The notes under the pieces: generated by a model
The model's database searches: none
What the model saw: only the letters and a program-made list of their open reading frames with translations
Told to the model about the DNA's origin: nothing
In this document: positions 11,067 through 23,876 of the stretch, piece by piece
Layout of the letters: the number at the start of each line of letters is the position of its first letter
How positions within the stretch are numbered: the stretch's first letter is position 1
Origin: Botryllus schlosseri
Lineage: Eukaryota
Assembly: GCA_051294905.1 (NCBI GenBank)
Contig: CM119371.1
Span: forward strand, 4,032,001 to 4,096,000
DNA length: 64,000 nt
Direction of reading: 5' to 3'
Position numbers and translations under genes: made by a program

Positions 11067-13513
11067 TAGGGTTGTTCAGAATTGACCGACTTTCAAAAAG
11101 TCCAGGTTTTCAGTCCGATTCCCATGCCTTATACCTTAAAAACATGTTCTGGCTACTTTTTTTCGTAACTCGTCCCCTGCATCCGTGTGCACATTGAGCT
11201 GGAAGAATAGCAGCTGAAAATAGGGGATTCCCCTAAAATCTGAGTGTCACGATTTTACCTAGCCTAGTTAAAGTGACATATAACATGGATTTATGCAGCT
11301 GTTGCGGTTTGGAGTGCTACAAAACCCCACTATATAAGGCATTGCTAGTTCAGGATATCATTTCCATGTCCCACACTGCCTTAGAACTGCTCAAAACTAC
11401 CTAAAACTGATAGTCATTTTGTTGGATCACATATCCTACACCCCTCAAACCTACCCGGCACTGTTCATCAATTTCCTGGATCCCCATGTGCAAGAATACA
11501 ACTGTAAATGTAACATCCACTCACAGCCACATTATAAACATCACAGGAAACGAAAAAAATAAGGCAAAGACAGAGATCAACTTGGCAAAATATTACATAA
11601 CTCAGGTGGATGAAATGGTTGCTTTCGAGAAATCTGCACATCTGTTCCGGTGATCTTCCACAGCTTGCAGGAGGCTCGCTCGCTGTTTTTTGTCATCCGT
11701 TATGAACGCAGCATAGTCGGTATTCAATTTTACCATACGCTCTGCTGCATCATTAACTACTTCAACAGTATTCACATATTCTTGAGCAGTCACGAAATCC
11801 GGATCAGTATGCCATTCCGAAACTGGAAGACTCAACCAATCATGTTCCACATGTATAGCATCAAATAGAAACCACGATTCTGGCCCAATCAAATCGACCA
11901 TACTCATTGACTCAGAGACAGAGTCAGAGATCAGACTGAGAGGCATACCTCTGCGAAATTTTTCAGGGATTGGCATTTTCAGCAATTTAGCAGCCATCGC
12001 TGCCTTCAGTTTGTCAAGAATCTTTGGATTAGCCGAGAACATGCTGGTAAATACCACCATTTCCTCAGTTAGATACCAATGATGTTTTCGCAATTTCTTG
12101 TATGCCACATCAGCAACAGTGAGATCGCATAATGAAAAGTTTTTCATGTCATGAATGAATTTGAGATCATTCCAAGGTGTGTCACATGCAATACCAGTTT
12201 TCAACCAAGCTGGAACATAAAACAAAGCAATGAATGTATTGATTTGTTCCAACTTTTCAATGAACTCTTCAGAATAGTCCATTTGCTCACTCCACATGAA
12301 CATTTTTTGACAGTACAGGACTTGACTCGTCCATCTGGCGCTATGAGTAGCACCAGGCTTGCGAAAACGATGCTCAACATATTTGTCATCCAAAATCGCC
12401 AAGGTCCCTGTTGCATATTCTCTGTAGTCATCTCTTATCAAGACTTCTTTCTTCTTTCCATCATTGGGTTTCATCAGTGGAATTATTTCTTGCTTTACTT
12501 CATCAGCTTTCATCGCCAACCAGCTGCCTTCAATAAACTTCAGCGTTTTATAGTATCTTGATTTATCAATATGTTTCCACTTCTTCTTGGAGGTATTCAA
12601 ATCCTGTTTTCATGGCCTGTGGTTGTCGATCCAAACAAACACTTCCAAACCTCTCGAATGACCAGTTCATAAATATGATGGCGACAGGCATTGTAGAAAA
12701 CTTTCCTGTTAATCAATTCTTCAAGTAACGGAACCGCACCTTTGTTTTTACCAGTGTTTGAGGATGTTGTGTCAAACACAAGAGCTCTAACAGATTTTGT
12801 TAAATTCCAAAGTTCCAGCAGTTCACATGATGCATCAGCCTGTGCTTTTCCTGTAGCACTTTCCGACTATGCTGCGTTCATAACGGATGACAAAAAACAG
12901 CGAGCGAGCCTCCTACAAGCTGTGGAAGATCACCGGAACAGATATGCAGATTTCTCGAAAGCAACCATTTCATCCATCTGATTTATGTAATATTTTGCCA
13001 AGTTGATCTCTTTCTTTGCCTTATTTTTTCGTTTCCTGTGATGTTTATTATGTGGCTGTGAGTGTATGTTACATTTACAGTTGTATTCTTGCGCACGGGG
13101 ATCCAGGAAATTGATGAACAGCGCCGGGTAGGTTTGAGGGGTGTAGGATATGTGATCCAACAAAATGCTATCAGTTTTAGGTAGTTTTAAGCAGTTCTAA
13201 GGCAGTGTGGGAAATGGAAATGATATCCTGAACTAGGAATGCCTTATATAGTGGGGTTTTGTAGCACTCCAAACCGCAACAGCTGCATAAATCCATGTTA
13301 TATGTCACTTTAACTAGGCTAGGTAAAATCGTGACACTCAGATTTTAGGGGAATCCCCTATTTTCAGCTGCTATTCTTCCAGCTCAATGTGCACACGGAT
13401 GCAGGGGACGAGTGACAAAAAAAGTAGCCAGAATATGTTTTTAAGGTATAAGGCATGGGAATCGGACTGAAAACCTGGACTTTTTGAAAGTCGGTCAATT
13501 CTGAACAACCCTA
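11067..13513. mobile_element. hAT-superfamily (hATm-like) element rearranged into a foldback with ~650-bp inverted arms
   Basis: Perfect 8-bp TSD CCAACCAT (11059-11066, 13514-13521); termini TAGGGTTGTTCAGAATTG; arms 11067-11720 and 12863-13513 nearly identical in inverted orientation. Confidence 0.93.
11602..12862 (-). pseudogene. C-terminal part of a hAT-type transposase, 5'-truncated, with a frameshift near 12600
   Basis: Motifs VFDTTSSNTG, ACRHHIYEL (CxxH), PGATHSARW, HWYLTEE and VVNDAAERMVKL (catalytic E region) in ORFs 12597-12779 and 11602-12600. Confidence 0.85.
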
Positions 13514-13780
13514 CCAACCATGTATACCTAGGGTGATGAAAAAATCTGCATCGAGTTATAAAGTGGGAAGCTCGTGGCTAGGACCGGCATAGTGATTCGG
13601 ATATTGGAATCTGAGTTAAGCATCAATTCTAATGATTGGAGTTGACAAGCGAGAGATGAGTTTTTTAGTTTTAAAATGATACGCTCCTGGCCACCAAGAG
13701 GAAATCTATCAACTAGAGGTATAGTTTTGATATGATTTTCCGGTGTGGAAGCCATGAAGTAACGATTGATCATATCGCAC

Positions 13781-15078
13781 TAGGGTTAGTTCGGATATCA
13801 ATAATTTTCACTATCCGGATAACGGATATATCCGGATATTTTGGAATTTATCTAACCGGTTAACCGGATAATAACTGTCAAGTGAGACAATCGATTTCAT
13901 TAGGTCTGCATGTAAAACGGATCGCAAAATCATTACACAGTGTTATTGTAGAGTACCTACCTACGGGCGCAGTATGAGCGAATACGAGAAAAACCACGCA
14001 AATTTGATGTTCACTGCTTCTGTAATGCCCTCTTTATAAAGCACAGATGCATCAATTGTGGGATCCTGTAGCCGGGACCGGAATTTTGTAACAAAGAGTC
14101 CACGTTCATTGAATGCTTTTTCAGCTTCCACAGAAGTGGGCTGAATAGAGAGCAGCGCTTCGTAGAGAGTCAAAAGGTTGGCAGGTCGTACGCCGGAAAC
14201 TTCAACGGCTTTACATCCTTTTGACCATCCTTATGTTTAGGTTTGGAGTACTAGAAGGACGACTAGCTGATACTGGAATTGATGCCGACATGATACCTCG
14301 CTCTAATTCACGTGATCAGACACGCAGCCAGCCGAAAATGTAGGGGGATTGAAATAAAATCAGGGGGTTTCGATTTTTTTTTCGAATTAATCATCAGCGG
14401 AAATCAATTACGCTTGCACGCATGCACATATTTTTGCGAACATTCGATGTCATTCAGTTTCGCGGTGTCACTCTCCGAATCACTAATTAGAATACACTTA
14501 ACGGCATATCGTCAACAAGCCATCGAGAGATAGGAGCCAATGCATGCTGGGTCCGAGATGGTTTGGCCAGCGATTATATCGTTCGTAGGCCTATTGCAGA
14601 TGCGATTGTGTTAGGTCAACGATAATATCGTGAGCACCAAGCCAATGAAGATGCGATTGTGCAGGCCAGCGATGGAATAGTGTGTACACTGCACATGGCC
14701 TATTGCAGATGCGATTCTTCAATCCAGTGGAACTATCGGCTTGTTGAAGACGCGATAAATCAGGCCAGAGACGATAGCCGAGCGCGCGGCAATCATCCTA
14801 ATTTAACGATTTTCTCAGCAGGAGATCGCGTCACATTACATTGTGCAATGTGTACGGACGTATCTCGCTAATTGGCAACACGCTTCTCGTTAATCAGCCG
14901 CGCCAACACTGAATGCGACTTATTGAAGCTTACTAAAACGTGTAAAATGCATTAGCAACGATTCTTTTTTATCCGGTTAACCGGCAGAAAAATATCCGGA
15001 TATCAGATAGTGAAAATACCTGCGGTTAACCGGTTAACCGGTTAACCGGTTAACCGTTATCCGGATAATCCAACCCTA
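13781..15078 (-). mobile_element. Internally deleted Ac-like hAT element with a dimerisation-domain remnant (13961-14173)
   Basis: 8-bp TSD TATCGCAC (13773-13780, 15079-15086); TAGGGTT termini; subterminal AACCGGTT/ATCCGGAT repeats; peptide LLSIQPTSVEAEKAF..G..TKFRSRLQDPTID is typical of the hAT C-terminus. Confidence 0.9.
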
Positions 15079-15420
15079 TATCGCACCTAACAAGATATGA
15101 GGTACGTAACTACACACATTTGTGGAAATGACTTATCTCTGAAGGAATCAACCCACAGCATTGTCACCAAGTGCTATGAAATAGGCACGGCCGAAAAAAT
15201 ACAAAATTATCTTTAATATGATGTAGGACTGGCACTACAGTGTTTGTGGTTGCATAAAAGGTACATATTTGAATTTTTCATATCAGTCATAATGTGGGTA
15301 ACGCTGTCATGAATGCTACTCAAATACTCGACTCGATTCACAGTCGAATTACTCGGGTGCGCCATATTTTCCATCTCTATACCCAAGAACCTTACAACCC
15401 CAATGTTGAATCACACTCAC

Positions 15421-15608
15421 ATAGCACAACCCATCGACCGGATGTCCACGTTGAAACTGTTTCCTTACTTTCCTAGAACTTCCAGGGCAATATAGTTGGA
15501 GGTGCCGCAAAACGTGTTCTTTGGTCAGCTGTCAAAGTCGACATTGGTAGCTAAGCCAAAATATCCACTCTTCATCGTCATGTTGTTGCTCAGGAATAGG
15601 TTCTTAAG
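15421..15608 (-). pseudogene. PLK1: Decayed PLK1-like activation-loop exon ([57 protein letters not shown])
   Basis: Manual translation matches PLK1 [50 protein letters not shown]; two stops; GTGAGT donor. Confidence 0.85.
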
Positions 15609-15945
15609 ATGTCAATACAAATTTTGCATTTAGTTACACAAGCATCCAGACTTGTACAAATCTCCAAACGCGTTAATTGATGGCCAACAAACAACTGCTT
15701 TTTTAGTAGTTCTAGTTCGGATTTGATGAGTTTAATTGTTGGACAAATAGGAAAACACGTTCGGTGTGAATCGTAATACCGTTTTTCTGTTGTATGCTGT
15801 TCTCATTTTCTAGATCATTACAATTCAGTAAGTCACGTTTTAGTTCAAGTAATTGGTCAAGTTCAAGTCTAGTTCTAGTATTAGTAGCGCATTTTAATAA
15901 ATCCAGCAGTTTGTACAAGTCCGGTATACCTGCAAGCAATGTTAC

Positions 15946-16052
15946 CTTGATATTCTGTGAAGATAACTATCACCAAGCAGAAGCTGTTGCATGTAATAAC
16001 AGGTCTCTGGTTCCGTGATGACTCGTCGTCCTTTGTAAACTTCCACCTGTGA
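15946..16052 (-). pseudogene. PLK1: Decayed PLK1-like exon 3 (SQVEVYKGRRVITEPETCYYMQQLLLGDSYLH..)
   Basis: Matches PLK1 [32 protein letters not shown]; has an internal deletion. Confidence 0.8.
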
Positions 16053-16405
16053 CTGACAACAAAATGAAAAGCTAATTGGATTGCTAGAGAATATTATTTG
16101 TTAGGCACATATGAATTAGCGGTTCTCAACCTGAACGGTCAAATCTGACAACAAATTTTGCGTATCGGTGAACCTTGCAAATAGACAATGACATGTAATG
16201 ATGCCTAAAGGTTTGATATTAGACATATCCTATGTAGGAGCATTACTCATATGGCGTGAATAATATGAAGTCATAACGAGTGATACTCGAGTCGAAGACT
16301 AATAAGTGATTCAGAATCGAATTTCTCATGTGCTCGATTTTACCCATTTCTACACCTAAGACCGCTGCAACCCCCATTAGTAAGTCCTAGATAAGTGATA
16401 CTCAC

Positions 16406-16593
16406 AAAACACATCCAAGCCACAAGGTGTCCATTTTGAAACTGTGTCCATTCTTGCCGAGAACTTCCAGGGCAATATAGTTTGGTGTGGCCCAAAAAAT
16501 GTTCTTTGTTTGGTTGTCAAAGTCGACTCTGGTAGCTTGTCCAAAATCTCCAATCTTCACCTCTATGTTGTTGTTCAGGAAGACGTTATCCAG
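16406..16593 (-). pseudogene. PLK1: PLK1-like activation-loop exon, still open ([62 protein letters not shown])
   Basis: KIGDFG, TPNYIA and GHSF motifs; CAG acceptor and GTGAGT donor; no stop, but the exon is out of order relative to its neighbours. Confidence 0.9.
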
Positions 16594-16983
16594 CTGTCAA
16601 TGCAAATCCAGTGACACAACAATATAGACTTGCATGAACTACCAATCTAATTGGTTGATGGTCAATTAGCTATACTGGTTTTGTGAGCAGTTCTAGTTCT
16701 AGATTCGCATTTGCACAAAATTAGTTACCCTACAATTAGTCGACACAAATCTTGCTACCGATGTTTTGTTGTGTGATATTGTTGCAGTCATTGCTAGCTC
16801 AGAGTCGTTATTACTAACAAGGGCTTAGCAAGGTGTGGGTGTGGGGCCGAAACCCCTCTCAGTTCAAAGTCGAATAACAACTTGCAAGTTTCATACCAAA
16901 TCCTTGTTTTCACCAGAAGTCATTGGTGCATACGGCTTATACCAGTCACATATAGATTCCTTGCGTTAACAAACTTTACTCAC

Positions 16984-17135
16984 CTTCCGCACAATTTTAC
17001 TAGCAAAAACTCATTTTGTTCCGACTTGCGTGATTTTTGAAGCATTTCGCGAATCCCCGTTTGCCAAGAAATGTATCGTTTCCCAGTGGAGTCATCACAC
17101 ACGACTACGGGATCTCTTTAGTAGCGATCTCAACT
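16984..17135 (-). pseudogene. PLK1: Decayed PLK1-like exon 1 (P.VVCDDSTGKRY..FLGKRGFAKCF.ITQVGTK*VFASKIVRK)
   Basis: Matches PLK1 IPEVLVDPRSRRRY..FLGKGGFAKCFEI..VFAGKIVPK; GTGAGT donor at 16983; frameshifts and a stop. 5' boundary is approximate. Confidence 0.8.
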
Positions 17136-18127
17136 TTATCTTATATTATAGTGAAATCAAATACAAATCAGTCTGGAAAATGAAATATCTTGTATTAACA
17201 GACAGGCAAACTGATACCGGAACAAAGTCTATTATGTTGTTTAAAAATACCTTATTTTGAAAAATTTTACTGGTTAGTTGATATACCGTAATAGTTAGGT
17301 TGTCCAAAAAATATGTTGTTGTTTAACAAACTTGATTCATACTTTATACTTGTAGTTCAAAGACTAGGCCTTTAGAAGACTAGACAGCTAAAACTGGAAC
17401 TATAACCCCAGGCTACATCCCTGTTAGTAGCGATGACTTCGAGCTAGCAATGGGCCATTGCTAATGGCTTGCTGCAAGAACATCACACAACAGAACACGG
17501 GTATCACGATTCATACTAAATTACGACACGAGTTTTCTATAGTGGTTTGGCAATTAATTTCTTTCTAAATGCACAACTATAGAACTATACAACTGGGAAT
17601 TTTCAAAGTACGCTACTGATTGATATGAAACTTGATCTACTCAAAATACCAGTAATTAGCTAACTAACTGGATAGGTAGTTTGTAGAGGTCGGCACAGAA
17701 CCTCAAGTAAAACAGATAAAAATATAGTAGCGAAATGGATAATGATTCGCGGTGATGGTATCATCGTGCCATCTCGGTTAATAGTCCAGAGCGATGATTA
17801 ATTGACCGTCAGGCAACAAGATCGATAATTTGTAGAAGTCTGCACAGAACCTCAACTTGAAGTCCCCAGGAAAAACAGATGGAATTATAATAGCGGAACT
17901 GATCATGAGCGGTCACGGTAACATCCTAATTTCTCAATGTCTAGTCCAGAGAGATAATTTGATGATAATTCGCAAATTGAGAAATACAAGTCGCGTGGGA
18001 TAATTGATATTAGTCTTTGACACTGGTAAAAGGTTATGTCATAAAGTATATAGCTTCTTCTTTATAATAACAGTAATCTGAATTATACTTTTGCAATAGA
18101 TTACTAACTTTCTGAGGTTAGTAATCT

Positions 18128-19160
18128 ATACTTTCACTGAGCAGTGAGCAATCAAATATCTACTCAGACAGAGGGGAATCACCCATATATATTGCGGCCG
18201 AGGTCAATGAGCCGTAAACGAATGGCACAAAGACAACAAAACATACGACAGTTTTTTTTTTATTTCGTCGATCATACAAAAGCTAATGGTAATACCCATG
18301 CAAGATGTGGAATGATAGATTTATTAATCTACGAAACTGATATTTGATCAGTGGTTTTCAACCTTTACTAACATACCGAGCTCTTGCGCTAATCAGCAAG
18401 CCTTCTATGGCCTAAAATTATTGCCCAGTAAGAGTAACATAGAATACGAAAATCTACCTCATTACACGTCTGATACATCACTACAAAATGTTGGTACCTG
18501 CAGTCAGCAGTGCATCAAAAGAACGACACCCTATGATTGTCTCACGAAAAAAAATATTAGAAAGAATATTTCGTGCCAGGCAGTTCTGCTTTCTACTTTT
18601 TTGCCGCCGTACAACCCTAAGGTGTCGCTATGACTCCATAAGGTATGCCCAATGATTGGGTATGCGAGACAGGTGTTCTGCTTTTCTTATTCACTGCTCA
18701 GTGCTCAGTTTAGTTTAGTTGTTAGTTGTAGGTCGAATTTTCAAGTAGTTCTAATTCTAGTTCGTGATTTTGAATAGGTTATAGTTGAAGAAAATTAGCT
18801 GCCGATAAACTGAAACTTGAATCAGAAGTAGAAAACGTATTGTCATCAACCGTAAATTGTGATGCCAGTGTTTTATTGGGTGAAGTTCTTTGCAACTAAT
18901 AACAATTGCAAGCTCAGAATCATCACTAGTAAGTAGTAACGGTTGAGCAGCTAAGGGTTAGTTTTCGAGGGTCAACCCCCCTCCCACCCCCCCCCCCCCA
19001 TTTAAAACTTGCACTGATGTTCATTGTTCATGCGGAAAGCCGATTCTAATGAGATAAATATGAAGTCGATTCAAGATTGAATCTATACTTGTGATTCATA
19101 GTTACGAAGGCAGTTAGATCTAGTCTTTTCTAGCGTGTCTAAAAGTGAGTAATTCGACTT
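18128..19160 (+). repeat. ~1-kb segment duplicated in inverted orientation at ~60476-61473
   Basis: Long collinear reverse-complement match, e.g. GAGCAATCAAATATCTACTCAGACAGAGGGG vs 61424-61457; high but imperfect identity. Confidence 0.9.
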
Positions 19161-19161
19161 T

Positions 19162-19744
19162 TGGGCGCTTCTTCGTTATACGATCAGAGAGAACCAGTGC
19201 TCCCCATGATACCGATCAACAATGTTCCCATTGAACATGTCACTATGTAACGTGTTTCACATGATATCGAGCTGTGCTTCCCCTAAACCTGATATTTTTT
19301 CTGCGCAGGAGACCCTGGTTCGATTCTCGCCAGTACCCTCTTTCTGTGAGACGCTGTCGGGAAATCCGGTGATGGGCAACGAGATTTAAGCGAACGTAAA
19401 GCAGCATGGAGGAGTCTGAATGACGATAGCCAAGAGAATTTGTTTTATATTCACTGAACACTGTGTGAAAGTGGTTTTTGCCCGTATTTTGCATAGTTAT
19501 TATATGCGGTAAAGATATTATACATTAGGGTCATATTGGAAGTACTGTACCTCGTATCAGTTATTGGTTCTCAGAAGACCTAGAACGTGACAGTTCGGTC
19601 TTGCTCACATCATCGCTAGTCAGGTAGAGGTAGATGACAGGGCTATAATGACTCGAGTCAGACTTGAGTCGCGATTTTCTTGTGAATTTTTCTGGAGATT
19701 TAAGCGAATGAAGAGCAGCAAGGATTAGAGTCTGAATGAAGATT
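19162..19744 (-). repeat. 583-bp arm of a near-perfect inverted duplication (partner 23877-24459)
   Basis: Identical 83-aa shadow ORFs at 19243-19494 (-) and 24127-24378 (+); only one mismatch noticed (19625 vs 23996). Confidence 0.95.
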
Positions 19745-20489
19745 CTAAAGATTCTAAATAGCGCATATATGTGATATCAACTATTTATCAAAATCGCGTG
19801 TGATTTGCCAAATCCATTTCAATCGCAGTTGCGAAGTAGTGCTAATAAAATCGGCATTGTATAAGGCAACAATAAAGTGCACTGCTTTGCTTAGTCTTGA
19901 TGGCAGGTTCTCCCAACAGATACTTCCGATGTGTTCAGCGACATTTGTTTTATAGCAGCACACCAGCAGACAGTATATCCTGATCCTTGCGGGCCCCGGC
20001 TGCTTCAGTCATATCTTCATCCAAAATCAGGCTCTACAACAGACAAATATTACTGCTTAAACAAACTAACAAATACTCTTACCAGAATATAAACCAATCG
20101 CTTTACTTCAAATGCATAAATTTAGGTACATATGATCAGAGTTGAGTACCGTAATACGACTACGTTACCGATGGATTTCTGCGTAATTCTGACGATATCA
20201 TTCTAAATGCTTTGTACAGGATTGACATCTAGCACAGGTGAATCTCTGATGACTTCTACAACAAATTTCCGAAACGTTTACAACCAGAAATCAACAGTAA
20301 CTAGTTACCCCGAGAATACGGCCCGCCGTTTCGTAATGAGTTCCAATCTGCAGTGCAGCACTGCTTGGAAAGAATGCGACATTGCTCCGATATAAAGTAT
20401 ATCCTACGTCGTATTAGTTTATTGTCACGCCATAAAACTGGTGCGAATGCAGTCGACTAGTTGCATTATTGATAACTAGCATCCGTAGG

Positions 20490-20755
20490 TTAGTCATCTG
20501 TAGTTTAATTCACCAGAAGACATTTTACGCCAAGACAACAAACCTGAATAGTGTTTTGGACACAATGATGAAAGCTGATTTTGTCTCACAAACTGTATCA
20601 CGGACAGTTAGCCTACCTCAGATATCACTAGAAGCAGAGCATCAATATGGCGATGTCTTGTATATCTGCCATGTTTGCACATTAAGTCGAGAAGGTATGC
20701 TTGCACTTGCAGTGTATGAACTGAGAAATGAAATAGCAACTTTCCTTGAATATAC
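20490..20755 (+). pseudogene. hAT-Charlie/Buster-type transposase remnant
   Basis: CSLIHQ..AK..LNSVLDT..YGDVLY..LSREG..VYELRNEIATFLE resembles the Charlie/GTF2IRD2-like HCIIHQ..YGDLL..WLSRG..ELR.EI..FL pattern. Confidence 0.7.
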
Positions 20756-22336
20756 AAACATCGCCGGACTCTTTGGCAAGCTTATCATACGCCTAAAACC
20801 GTCGATACGAAGATATTATATAATCGCCATTTCCCCATTTACACATGTACTTGACTCTAATTGAATTGATGCTATATTGGTAAATAAGAAAAAAGACCAG
20901 GCGCCCAGATATACGTTCTGATTTTCTGAATTCTAAATTATGTGCACCCATATTCGTTTACAAAACCATTCATGATAGGTAATCGGAGCGCGGAATTGGC
21001 GGGTGTGTTGGTGTGTGCCTGCAAATTGGAATTCATTTCTGCGCAGATTCGTTTCTCTATCAAGGCCATTGACATTAATCGGAAAATGCAGAAATACAGC
21101 TTAAACACCGATATAATGAGAAAACAATTGTCGCGACGAAAGTTACTCAATACGGTGTTACACTCAAAACCGATTAGTGGCGATACTGATTAGATTACAG
21201 ACTACACGCTTTCTCATTTGAGATCATCCATATTTCTTGTTATCTACTTAATATATTCGTACTCCGAAATTATCGCACGAAGTCATTTCTCAGTCTTCCT
21301 ATCATTATTTACGTGATGCATCACAAGATTATGGGTGGCACAAATTCTGATTTTATTCGATTCGTTCGAACCTTCTACATTCCGATAAACTTGATTACTG
21401 GATGTTCTCGGATCGATAACAACATTATCGAAAATTAAACTATTAGGCATTACATAGACAGTGGATTTCTATTGGTAGGATCGCGGCATGCGTCCGGAAG
21501 TGGAATTAATTCTAGCCCAAGGGTGGCCAACCCGCGGCCGTACAACGAAATTTGTGCGGCCGTCAACACGTAATTCAATTAGCATGTGTTGGCGGCCGTC
21601 GACATGCAGATTGAATTTACGAATTGACCAATGTACTCCCGAAACGCTAAAATTAGTTCTAAAGAAGCAAAACCAATGTAATCGTGATTACTTTTGAAAT
21701 GTAATCGTTATCGACTACTTCCTGATTTTACTGTAATCGGAATCGATTACATTCATGAATTAATCACCCCATGTCTGACTACGAATAACTTGAGATTACG
21801 TGGGATTAAAATCGCAATCAAATAATATGAGAGTGTCTTTTCTAGCTTTCAGAGCTTGGACAAACGTATCAGGCTTATATCGCAACACTGCAATATGTGG
21901 CCATAAAAAACGGTGCACAGTTATTTTTAGTACCATCCGCATTAGTCCTAAATAGACATAATAGAATATCTGAGGAAAGTATCTAAACGTGTACCCTCAG
22001 AATTGAAACTGCGATACCTCTCTACACTCGAAATCGCATTTACGAAATCGCTCATTACTAGGGCAAGTTTGTCCAACTTTTGCGACTTTTTTATACAGAA
22101 ATCGAAACCGCGATATCTCTCTACGCCCGAAATCACATTTTATCTTAATTAGTTAGTGGTGATGTCATCCCCTTCGCATCCCCTATGGAAACGAAGTCCA
22201 ACTGTGAGCGAGGCGGTGTTTCTGATGATGCAGCATTTCTTGCAAAATTGCTCGGCGATTGCATTGAGTTGAATGCCACGGTGCGCTAGAATCCGCACAC
22301 GTGAGATAGTGTGACCTCGTGTTGTTTCAATTGGTA

Positions 22337-22875
22337 CATCATCATTGGTTTACAATGAAAAGAAAGGAAGATGTCGAAGCGACTAGGAGTTGTCTATGGA
22401 ATCGGACACCCACCTTGGCCTAGGCGATGTAAAGAGGAGGCATGCACACTGAATGAAAGTAAAGAAGATAGTATAGAAAAAAGAAGCGACAAGAAATAGG
22501 GCGGCATGTCATGGGAAGCGAGATCGATAAGTCAGTCGTGGTCCGGTAATCCTAAGGATGAACTGTATTTATTTAGTAGTAATTAATTGCTTGTATTTCG
22601 ACTTGAATGTGGACATGCTCGTCGACTGCCGGATGGCCGGCGGGATACTGTTCCGTACATCAGGTTCAGCATACTTGATAAAGGGATGATCTTTTCCGTC
22701 GATCATATGATATTTGGACGACGTGGACGCGCGTGTGTTGTACTTGTGCGCTTTTGATTCAGAGGTAAAGAAGTCATTGAAGTATTCGGGGCAACGACCG
22801 CAGTGAAACTGATACATAAACTTGGCGATTTCTAGTTTCCGCATATCTTCTATGTTTATGACATTTTCTCGGTCA
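22337..22875 (-). mobile_element. 3' fragment of a CR1/L2-group LINE (ORF2 C-terminus, 3'UTR, (ATG)n tail)
   Basis: LEIAKFMYQF..P.YF..H.YNTR..IKY..P..NSIPPAIR..S..FK is a typical ORF2 tail; the same 3' end recurs at 61473-61613. Confidence 0.8.
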
Positions 22876-23876
22876 TCTCGGCAATGAGAAGAGGAGCTGC
22901 GAAATTGAAATTCGCTAGACATGTTAATGCGCTCAAACAACCACTGAGTATTGCCATCTTCTGATGGTATTATTCAGCATCAAAGATAAAGCATCTGAAG
23001 TAGCTATTAGTTCGGATAAGAATACTAAAAATAGGAAGTCTTTAGATCCATCTGTGAAATTCGGAGTATAGCTATGCTATGTAGAGAATATATATGATTT
23101 AATGATATTGATTTTCTGATATCGGTTGAAGGGTGGATGTATTTTACGTATTGAGTGGCACAAGAAAAGATCCATATTTGCTGTTAAAATTGTCCAATGT
23201 CTGTCTCCAAATATTGCTGCCGCCAATAATTCATAGTAGCTTAGTATGTGCAATTGTCAATATCATTGACCGAATGTCATCATGAATTCGAGAAAATATA
23301 CGCGCTAGGCGCGACCAGATAACTGTAACGCACGGAAACATAAAAACTGGTTTAAACGTTAGTCGCGAAAGGGCGTCAGGTGGATCGCGCAATGGAATTT
23401 GTATGAAATGGGTCGTGAACTGAAAAAGAGGTTGAGTAGCACTGGCTTAGTAAACTGTATGTTTCTTCCCGATTGCTTTCGAGTATATCATTAGCCAGAT
23501 TATCCTGTTGGGTTCTAAGACTGTAACGATACTTTTAGCATTTCAAAGCATGTCTATTTCTCAAAGGCTTGTCATTGCATTCTGCTATTGCGGGCCAAAT
23601 GAGAAGTAGGAAATACGCTTTTCTATTGAGACTTTAAAACAGTGGTTCTCAAACTTTTTTAGGCACGCCTTTCTTTATGATAGTGACAAATTTCGCCCCC
23701 TCCCTCTATCACGATATCACAAATTATTAATAAGTACTAAGTAGCCTACAACCAGAATGCTAGCAATGCCAAACGATTTCTTATTTTGTTAACCCATTCT
23801 TTGGTCTAGCCGCGATGCTTTACTAAAATCTCCGCAGAAGATGCTGCATCAATTAATGTTGTTATCATATCTCTTC

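Noticed and set aside
17680..17960. Small ~140-bp degenerate tandem duplication (and a smaller one at ~21990-22140)
   Set aside because: Ordinary local duplications with no further structure.
19300..19340. tRNA gene at the GGTTCGATTC motif
   Set aside because: Only a B-box-like 3' half is present; no A box or acceptor stem found.
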